Shown piece after piece: positions 26,457-37,435 of a DNA stretch of 64,000 bases; the first letter of the stretch is position 1, and every line of letters starts with the position of its first letter. The notes under the pieces were generated by a model. The model saw only the letters and a program-made list of their open reading frames with translations. It did not search any database and was not told the DNA's origin. The stretch is taken from positions 2,480,001 through 2,544,000 of the forward strand of contig CP075495.1 of NCBI GenBank assembly GCA_021613535.1, written 5' to 3'. Position numbers and translations under genes: made by a program. Source of the DNA: Adineta vaga. Its lineage: Eukaryota; Animalia; Rotifera.

Positions 26457-28968
26457 ATGTTTCCAAATAATCAACCATCAACGACGACGACGACTGCTAC
26501 AACAAACTTACCATTTACATTTTCTCGTCCAGCTGTAGCACAAGCACATCATCCATTTGGTAATCCATCAGGTTCACAATTATTTCAATTCGGTGGTAAT
26601 AATGTTACACCACCTGTTCCGACTATTTCACCATTTGGTAATCTACCAACAACGGTCAATTCTACGAATACGACAGATTCAAGTATAGAAAACACTAGAA
26701 ACTTGATGATTTGATTGAAATTATCGTTTTTTGTTTTAGATATCGGTGGTATATTTGCATTTAGAAGTAATCAACCTGCACTAGTATCACAACCATCACA
26801 CATTTCTACTATGAATCCTACGGGATCAACAGTTAAATTTGCTCCTGTTTCTGCAGAAGGTAAGTTACCTATCTTCGGTTTTTAAACATCGAATTTATTT
26901 TTAATATTTATTTATAGTATCGGAATATATCCGGGTAATGAATAAAATTGTTACAATAAAAATAAAATTTCATTGTATATGCGCTATGAAAGAATATGTG
27001 CATAAATCAATGGATGAACTTCGACTCGAAGATTATCTTTCAAATCGAAAGTTTCCATCATTCAATAGTATATATCATTCAAACAATGCAACTCTCTTTC
27101 CAAGTATGAATATTCGTTTTACATATTTCTTTTCTTTTCGAATAATCATTCATCAATACTAAAAATTCTTCATATCTTTTTAGGAACAATTCCTATCGTG
27201 CCAACAACAACAGGATCTACCGTAAATAATAATAATAATATCATTGGAGCTGTAGCCAATCCATTCAACATACCTACGACATCCAATAATATTTTCAATC
27301 GAACAGTAACAACATTGCCATGGACACAGAATGCAAATCCAACACCAACAGTTACAACTCAACCATTATTTAGTAAGTATTCATCAAAACAATAAAATCA
27401 AAATTAAATTTCACTTTCGATTTTTTCAAGAATTTCCAACAACCACAAATATTCCAACAACGGTGAATTCAGTAATACCACCAGCTTCAAATATAAATTT
27501 TTTTCCCCAATGGCCTCCAACAACATCTCCTGCTACTAATATCCCGGCATCATCGGCATCAAATACAAACGTGATTGTTCCTACACCTGTTGTAACAATA
27601 GCTGGTACAACATTAATACCTAATATTTTTCAACCATCACTAAATTTAAACAGAACAAATCTAATGACAACAACAACAACAACTAGTGCATCGATTATTA
27701 ATCCAACATCGGTGTTTCAAAATGTTTCTACAACACAAACTCAGCCAATTGTTACATCATCATCAGCTGTAATAAATCGACAACAGTTTCTTACTGCATC
27801 ACTTCTTGATCCGTACGGTAATCGTGGAAGAAAAGACTTTACAAATATGAGTTCAATTTCCTTACCGAAGGAATCCACGACTGAATCAGCTTTATCTACA
27901 GCAATACCAGCCCCCATACCAGTCGTACTTCCTATACAATCAAATTTTCAAAAAACACCCGTATCACATTCATCAATTGATTTAAATTTCAAGTTAAAAC
28001 CCGTTTCATCATCTCCCAACGTACATGAAAATATACAGCCAACAACAGATCAACAACTTGTTGCATCGATCGAATCAAAGAAAAGCACTTTATCAGGAGA
28101 TTTTACCGATGAAGAAGAAATTGTCTTACTTGGTCGTACCAAACTATCAAAACTACGTATATCAAATGATTCGATTAATCAATCGAATACTCTTCGATCA
28201 TCACTTTATCCTGTTAGAAATTTAGCTGAATTGGAGAAATTAACAACTTCATCACCAGTATCATTTCCGATATCAACAACTTCAATTAACACTGAATCTA
28301 CATCATCAAATCCGACTGTTGTAATGAAAAAATCAGAATCATCTGTTAATCCTACAACTTTCCATTTACCTATATTGACTCGTGAAGACTACTACATGAA
28401 ACCAAATCAAACAGAATTAAACACATTATTTAATGATAAAGGTCAATGTATTGTTAAACAATTTACTGTCGGTCATGACAAATATGGTTCAGTGACATTT
28501 TACGGTCAAATCAATGTATCTGGTCTCAATCTTGATGAAATAAGTAAGTTAATTTATATAAAAAGGTTTGATTTGAATCTAACTTATGTATATTTTTTTC
28601 CATTTCTATTCTAGTTCAAATTAATCATCATGAAGTAATTGTATATCCTGATGATACGAATAAACCATCGGTAGGTGAAGAATTAAATCGTCCTGCTCGA
28701 ATTACATTATTCCATGTATATCCAATTGATCGATCTACACGAGTCGAAATCACTGATATGGAACGAATCAAAGCAATGAATTACACTGATTATTTACGTA
28801 ACATAACAAGAAAATTCAATGGAGAATTTGTCAACTATGATTCCGACAATGGATCATGGACATTTATGGTAAGAAAACAAAAGATTTCTTTTCGATTCGA
28901 AATATTGACTATTTGTATTCAATTTTTAGGTAAAACATTTTACACGTTACGGTCTCGATGATAATTAA
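26457..28968 (+). CDS. NUP98: Nup98-like nucleoporin (GLEBS + autoproteolytic domain), without Nup96
   Basis: GLEBS CICAMKEY..KSMDELRLEDY; domain PILTREDYYMKP...FTVGH..YGSV.F...VIVYPDD..KP.VGEELN.PA.ITL...GSWTFM|VKHFTRYGLDDN*. Confidence 0.85.
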
Positions 28969-29896
28969 CATGATATACTCATCTAATGATAGAAACACTA
29001 AAGAACCCCTATGCCTTTAAGCTATAGACTAAAAGTCAATTAAGTATAGAGAACTATTCTGATATCTTATAGGTAGCTAGAATTATTCTAATCTAGATAT
29101 TGTTTTACTATTTTTTTTTGAATAAATATTTTTGAAAGACACAGATTTTTTAGTAATGAAGAGTAGAGTAGTAAGCTCTATGGAAACTAGTTGCGAATAT
29201 TCAAATAGAGATGATCAAGAGTTCATACGTAGATTTGATTAGATAGATTAATTGTAGTCAACGAAAGAATTAATTTGATAATGAATGATGAGCACAATAG
29301 ACCGATTTTCGATGACATAGGTAGACTAGTTGTCTTTGACCTAATACATTTGATAAGTACATGTACTAATACTGATGAATTCGATGAGAGATTTGTTGAA
29401 AGAATGCTATTCTATCGTAGTTAATTAATCTTATCACTTCAGCTATATACTATGTGGACTATAACTATCGTTTTTTGATCATTTGAAATGTGTTATCTGT
29501 TATATTATAGAACATTCATGTTGCAAATGACTACCATACAATGTGTGATATATATCGAAGCAGTCAACACGAATAGTAAGTAATCATTTGTCATATTCAA
29601 TGTATTTTAGCGTTGAATTGGAATTCCCATATGATTATTTTGGTGTTAGTGTTTCATTTGCATATTTATTAACAATTGATCAAATAACAATAATATGTAA
29701 GAGATGTGTTTTTCTTCGATATGAATTTGAACAGATAAATTCTATTCTATGAAAAAAAAGTAAGTCCTTATTGTTTTTTATTTTGAAAAATACATGTTTA
29801 TCTTTGATTATTTCATGTTAAATCAGAGTTTGGTTCATTAATCATTGTAAGAATAAATTCGACATGATAACGATAGATAATAGCTTGAAGATATTA

Positions 29897-30880
29897 TTAT
29901 TCTTGAATGAATTTCGAACAATCATTTAATATATTCGAAGTTGTTCTAGTCCAATGAGGTGGAAATGATTGTTGAATAGATGGACGATCACGTAGAGATT
30001 TATAATAGAAATCTATGCATGTATTCATATCTTCGATTACGAGTGAGATTCTTTTCTTACTGAGTTGTTCATGTAATTCGATTGGATATCCACAATGAAC
30101 AAAAAAGGCCAATTGTGAAAAAAGAAATATATCAGCTAATGTAAATAGATTGCCAGTAGCATAGAAAATTTCTTGATTATGTTCTTTCAATCTTTTGTTC
30201 CATCGAATCAATTCATTGACAAGAGTCTCTTTACGTTTTTTCAATAAGTCAAAATCATATCGTTCCTGTGGCGTATGCCAAATGTAATAGATTACATTTT
30301 CACTGCCAATTTTTTGTAAACGAATCGACTAAATATAGTTGAATTCTATATATTGAAAGAAACTACTCATTGAGAAAATGATTTACATCAAAAATACATT
30401 GAATAACTTGTGCTCGTAAATAGAGATTATCCGGTAATAATATTGTTCCTTGATTTTTCATTTTATTCTAGAAAATTTTTCGAATATTTTTTATTATAAT
30501 ATGAATAAATTCCTTACTTCTAGATAAAGACATATAGCTAAAGATTGATTCAGAATTAGATTTCCGATTTTGAATGAAGGTACCTTTGATATTGGAAGGA
30601 AAGAAAAAATGTCAAAAGAAATCTTTTTCTTCGATGTACTTGTCCTCTTGAATTTTGATCAATAAATGGCTTTGTTCGATGTTCATTCTTATCTAAGCAT
30701 ATCATTTGTTGCTTAGAAGTGTTCATTTGTTTTTCATTCAAAGTCATCTGTACTCTCCTAATCGAATAAATCATAGAATCTCATTTCTTTTTCTTCTTGA
30801 TAAGGATTTTTTTCTTCTATTATATTCACCAACAAGGAATACTACCCGATGCCCAATAAAGTTCTATCTGTTCATTGTCT
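29897..30880 (-). CDS. Glutathione S-transferase (rho / GST-A-like); start codon not resolved
   Basis: LYWASGSIPCW|RVQMTL.EK, NSRGQ|VPSF, SLAICLYLE, FTLADIF, RPSIQQSFPPHW. Confidence 0.85.
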
Positions 30881-31648
30881 GAAATATTCTAATTAATAAT
30901 AAAGACAAAAGAAAATCGACATATGTCGTTTTTTCTCGTCGTATTTAAGAGTTAAGAACTGACTTGTGACGGTCGAACATATTGATTCTTAGCTGACATA
31001 TTCGTATCGATTGTCAGTTGATGATTTTTTTTGCTCAGGTTCTGTGATGACTTGTCATTGACAATTAATTCATGGACAGGCGATCGACCTTCTTAATGTG
31101 GCGCGAAAAGAAACGAAGAAAAAACTAAAGTGATGACAGTTTTTTTCTCCTTCTTTTCTATTGATCTTAAAGATCTATCGAAGATTGCTATTACTTCTTT
31201 CTCTTTATTGAAAAGAGATAGAGACAGAAAGAGAGAGAGAGAGGGAGGAAAAATGCATTAGTCGATCTCGTTCTTTTTTTTTCTTTCCTCTTTCTCAACT
31301 ATCTATTTCTTTTAGATAATGATAGAAGCTATGCTATGATTCCAATCGACAAACGAGTGTGCATACTAGTACAACTAATAGAATACATAACGAGAGAAGA
31401 ACGCCAACGATGACGATGATGATTGATCGATATTAGAGAAAAGCAATGTTGTTTTTTGCTTCTGCTACTACTAGTTTACGTCATTGACCTGCATGCGTAT
31501 GTGACGACGGATCGATGCATTGCCATCAGCAATACTCGAATTAATTCGAGATGAAATAAGTAAGTAAGTCAAAGATCTACTTCTTTCTTTCGATCAATGT
31601 ATGAATTAATAGAAATAATTACTCATAGAAAAACTTCTCAATTATCGA

Positions 31649-34600
31649 ATGGCTTTTTCTCGACATTCACTTCGACGTGTTCTTGGTGATATGGTTCATC
31701 GACATAATGCTAAAAATGAATCACTTAATACATCTTCGCTTGTCCACGATAAACTTCTCAATCGATCACAAAAGAAAACTGATCGAAATTCAATTATCAG
31801 CAATGGTTCTCTATCGGTATGAATGGTGTTCTTTTTTTCTTCATGTATATATATATTTATATAAATAAACAATAATTATCTGTTAGTTACCTCAAACATG
31901 TTATGAACGATTACATAAAAATGAACGAGAAGTATGTCAATCATTGAATTATCTTGATCAAGTTTTAACACATAATAAACTGGAAATTCTTCCAAGTATT
32001 ATAACATCATTAATTGAAAATATCTTCGACATTGAAAATGTATTAAAAGGAATATTTGAACATGAATCTGAATCATTTAGGTATATGGAAGTTCTTTTAA
32101 GAATTTTCAATTGTTTCAATATGTTCTTATCTTAATTTAGAACACGTTTACTTAATGATGTCTATTCTCTCCTAGCAGATTTAATTGATTGGTCTGATCA
32201 ATTACTTTTGTCAAAAAATCCAATAGATCATGATGATAAATATAAAACAATATCTCATGATTTAATTCAAGCAATTAAAGTAAGATGAAACGGCTTTCTT
32301 CCAAAGACAAAAATGACAATTAATTTTCTCATAGAATTGTATTCTCTATGCAAATGATACATCTTCCCTTCAAAGTGCAGAAACACGTTCTGGTTCTATA
32401 CAAAGTTTTCATTCATTAAATAGGTCAATTTCATTTTTAATAATCAATCATTTACACGAATCTTTCGTTATTTATTTGTAGTGACGAATCTGTACCTGTT
32501 CTTCCTCCAAAACGCGATAAACCTTCAATAAGTTCTTCCACAACCATTACCTCGAATCGAATTCGAACGAATGGTAGTACACATTCAGTTCCAACAAAAA
32601 TCGACCAAGATAAAGATAACGATCAATGTATACAATTAATCGTTGATGATATTAATCAAATTGTCGAAAAATATACACGTGAATTAGATGATGCAATACG
32701 AACAAAAACAACTGTTCGATCTCCATCGATTGAACATCTATCCAATTCAAATTGTTCAATAACAATGACAACACCTGTACGTCATCATAGTATTGATACA
32801 TTATATGAAACTCAAATATCGAAAATCATGAAAAGTACGATTACAAAAACGACAATTAAAACTGGACATGAAATTATTGATCAAAAACAATCATGTCAAC
32901 TTTACAATGAAACTGATTGTTCTATTCAATCACCTAATGGACATTTTCAAACACAAAAATTTACATTTAGTAATCGAGAGAAAATTAATGATGAAGATGA
33001 ACAAGAAAAATCTTTTGTAACTTCTCAACTTCGACAATTGAATATACCGAAAAATGAAGATATCAACAATGAACCACCACCATTGCCACCCAAAAGAAAA
33101 ACAGGTTCTTTTCTTGCTCTATTTCTTTTGAGAAAAGAAAAAATATATCTACTCGGAAACGGAAAAGGAAAATCCTCTTTTCACTCGAACCTTAGCATTC
33201 ATTTTAATAAGATTGTCTTCCGCTTGATTAGATTAAAGTTCGGACGTAATTGTCAAGTTTAATTTCCGTTCTTCTTCTTTTTTTAGCTCGAGCATACATG
33301 TCTTTATTCGATCGATATGATCAAAATGTTGCCGAAGTCTTTCTTCGTGATACATGTTGTATACCAACACCCCAACGTCGTTTCGAAGATCTATTTGATC
33401 AAATGCAAGAACATTTTCAACAAATGCAAATCTTTACCAATACGGATGATTCATTAAAATCGAAAGAAATCAAAATCAAAAATATCGATGAATCTATTCT
33501 TTATAAAAGTCCAATGAAAATTGATTATCACAGTGATCTTTTTCTTGAGAATATTTCTCATCTACTGGTTTTTAATCTAGTAAAATAGTTGATCATTTCT
33601 TTGTATTTCTTTGCATATATCTAATACTTTAGAATGAAGATCCTTCACTTCGTGGTGGTTCTATGGATGCTTTGATTATCCGAGCAACATCACCTGATAA
33701 GAAAGGTGAGATTTCTAAACTTTTCGTCTGTTTTCATAAGTTTGAATATCTTTAGATTTTGTCTATCAAGAAGCATTTCTAACGACCTATCGCACGTTTG
33801 TTTCTCCGAGTGATTTAATTGAGAAATTGATTCAACGATATACATTTTTTACTCAATTTCAAACGAAGAAAAAGATTTCTCGATATGCTTTTTCACTTCT
33901 TATTCGAGTCATCGATGAAATCGAGTACGTTCATCTTCCTTTTCCAACAAAGTTCAAGCATTGATTAATACCATCTGTTTTTGTTTCTTTTCAGCAATGA
34001 ATTAACAGAAGATTTAATGAAATTTCTTTCAAATTTTGTCACGAATTTAATTCGTCATGGTGAACTTCAATTAGGAAAACTCTTACGACGAAAATCTCTT
34101 GAACGTTTTAATCAATTTTCGAATTCTTCAGAACAAATTCAACACGATATTCTCGTTATACAAAATTCGATTTCATCAAAACGAGCAACTCTACTTGATT
34201 TTCATGCGATAGATATTAGTGAACAATTAACTTTATTAGATTCGGAATTATTTCTTAAAATTCAACTATCAGAAATCTTATACATGTCAATTGAAAAAGG
34301 AGAAGATTATTCACCGAATTTAGCAGGATTTACTGAACATTTCAATAATATTTCCTATTGGTAATCATTTTCGATTGATAAAAATCAATATCCATTTGTA
34401 TTTTTCAGGGTACGATCAAGAATTTTAGAACAAAATTCACAAAAACAACGTGAAGTTTATTTTGAAAAATTTCTCAAAATATTAAAAGTAAGTAGTAATC
34501 GAGATAAAGAATTCTATCTTTATCATACAAACAGAAGTTTACTTAACCTAGTTAATATCTCGACGCAGACACCAGACTGATTTTTATGATTACTTGACTA

Positions 34601-35348
34601 ATCTCTCACATTACTATCTAAATAATATGATTTATCTTATGATAATATTAGATATATCCTTGAAGAACTAGTAGATCAATAAGAAAAATATTCTCCATTT
34701 TTTTTCTAGCATTTACGAAGATTGAATAATTTCAATTCTTATCTGGCTATTCTTTCCGCTTTGGATTGTGGTCCATTAAAACGATTACATTGGTCAAAGA
34801 GTATCATTGATGTAAGATTATCTTAATTTTTGTTGTTGTTGTTGTTATCATTTGATTTCATTTAGTCGATATCGGAACATGCGGGACTTATTGATAGTAC
34901 AGGTTCATTTAAAAACTATCGAGAAGCATTGAATGCATCTGTTGGACAACCTTGTATTCCTTATATGTAAGTTACTTTGTATTCCTACTAAAAAAACAAT
35001 CGTCTGTGTTTTGTTTTTACTAGTGGATTGATATTATCGGATTTGACATTCGTTCATATTGGTAATACGGACTATTTACAAGATGGTCGGACTATTAATT
35101 TTTGGAAACGATGGCAACAATTTACTATTTTACATAAACTTCGTTACTGTCGGAAATGGTAAGTGTGAGATGGGATGAAGAGATATTTGATAGAATCATG
35201 AACTTCTTTTTCTAGGGAACATAAATTTACTCGTAACGATCGTATATTGTATTTTTTTAATAATTTCGATGATTATATGAATGAAGATGCACAATGGATT
35301 CAATCGGAGAAGATCAAACCACGACAAAAAGCGAATCCTTATGCTTAA
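31649..35348 (+). CDS. RAPGEF1: Rap guanine nucleotide exchange factor 1 (C3G-like), multi-exon
   Basis: SH3-binding PVLPPK and PPPLPPKR; REM (LRGG..DALII, YQEAFLTTYRTF); CDC25 domain (SEQLTLLD, SPNL..FTEHFNNISYW, NNFNSYLAILSALD, PCIPY, INFWKRWQQF). Confidence 0.9.
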
Positions 35349-35650
35349 AAAATCGAGTTGTTTAATATGAGATCATTAGATATAAATATATCTGTCAGAT
35401 ATTTTTTGTTTGTCTCTTTCTCTTTCTCCTTCACAGTGACAACGAAAATAAATCTTCGTTGAATTGTTTATGTCTATATCTTTGTTTTCTTTTTTTCATC
35501 CTCCTCAATTTAAATCTTTAAACACACACAGTTTTCTTCCTCATTGTTGTTTTTGTTGGATTTTACATATTTTATTGAGTTTAGAAATGAATAATAATGA
35601 TAATAATAAAACGAAAATTTTCTTCTTCATTTAATCAGATTAAGTTTCGA

Positions 35651-36573
35651 ATGAAATCAGCAAAGTTGGCAAATCTCTTACTAAATCGATATTTATCATT
35701 ATCAATCTGTAGGTTCGATGTAGGTAGTATGATATTGGCAAATGGTTGCAATGAATTCTTTTCCTATTCTTATTTTTTTAGAAGAGTAAAATAACAACGA
35801 AAGAGTTACTTGCAGATTATGAAAAGAAACGTGATTTTAATAAAACGACTGAACCAAAACCTACTTATAATGAGAATCAATTAAATAAACATCGCTTTGT
35901 AGTACAAGAACATCATGCATCTAATTTACATTTTGATTTGCGACTTGAATCGAATGGTGTAATGAAAAGGTGGATTTAAAATTTTAATATTCAAAAACTA
36001 AATTTTTCGTTTCTTTTTCTAGTTGGTAGGTGGATGAAAGTATGTGCAATGAATCAGTTGAATATATTTTGAATAGGTGTGTACCAAAAGGACCTAGTTT
36101 AAGTCCTTATAAGAGACGATTAGCTATTATGGTTGAAGATCATCCAATTTCATATATGAATTTTGAAGGAAAGATTCCAGATGGAGAATATGGCGCAGGT
36201 TTACTTATGAGAAATTCAATGTCATATAAACGATGCTTTTGTTCTGATTTTTAAAATAGGTGAAGTACGAATATGGGATAGTGGAACATATGAACCATTG
36301 GAAAATGATGGTGGTGATATAGATGGAAGTATTGAAAAAGGCGAATTAACATTTCGACTCTATGGAAAGAAATTGAAAGGGAAATTTCGTATGATTCGTT
36401 CTCGATTTGGACCAAATCAACCAAAAAAGCAATGGTTATTATTGAAAACGAAAGATGAATTTGCTAATCAATTATTTGTACTTGAACGTATACTTGATTA
36501 TGGTTCTCGACGAGATTTACAAACTATGAAAGAAAAAAAACCGGCATCGACAAACAAAATCAAAATTACCTAA
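35651..36573 (+). CDS. Stand-alone DNA ligase D 3'-phosphoesterase (LigD PE/LigD_N) domain protein, bacterial-type; exons 35651-35719, 35782-35969, 36023-36025, 36077-36198, 36260-36573 (231 aa)
   Basis: Spliced product [112 protein letters not shown] matches the PE domain end to end; all four introns GT-AG, 51-62 nt. Exon 1 is less certain. Confidence 0.93.
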
Positions 36574-37435
36574 ACGAACACCAAAAAAAAACATTCATAA
36601 TTTGCATTTATTAAATCATCTCTTTTTCTAAATCAGTCAACAACTACTAATATTTTAATTGGATCAATCTTGATGAAAAAGACTTTTGTGTAACTGAAAT
36701 ATGTATGTTATTTTGTTTTGACAAACAGGACAAATATCTTCATTGTTAATGTATATTTGGCAATAAGGATACGCAAAGAAATACTCAAAAGCAAGCACGA
36801 CAATTGAGAAATAACCAAAGAAAAAGAGATGAATGAATGAGAGAGAGAGAAAGAGAGATGTCAAACAGTAGAAGAGAAGAAATAAACAATTAACAGATCA
36901 ATGGACGAAAAGAAAGAAGAGAAATGAAACATGATTTTTCTACTAGACGTATGTAATGAATGAAAGAAACATTTTGTACAAACAAAAGAGAAAAAGAAAA
37001 AAAAACAAGAATAATTCAATCAAAGAGATTTATACATCATGTCAATTCCACTTTGGTAAAAATAATGCATGAACAACAACAAATAACAACAATCATACAA
37101 TGTATTGCTGGCTCATCGATGTAAAATTGCACAATAAAGCGCACGCGCAAGAAAGAGTGTGTATTTGTGTATATGTGAAAAGAAAACAAAGGAAAAAAAA
37201 TACTGTCGTATCCTATCTCAATATTCATTTCTAGTTGCACATCATGATCATGTTGACAGAAAGAAAAATACAGGTAAATACTAAAAAAAACGAAAGAAAG
37301 AAACACAAATAGTAAGATTGGTCATGTATGTATAGATTTGAGAAAACAGAAACAAAACAGGGTAAAGAGAAAGGCACCGATAAGCAAATCATAATGTGCG
37401 AAAAAGAAGAAATATATATATTCACAAGAATCGAT

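Noticed and set aside
35651-36573. Bacterial contamination, or a complete Ku-LigD operon
   Set aside because: The gene has spliceosomal introns and animal neighbours; no Ku, ligase or polymerase domain is visible nearby.
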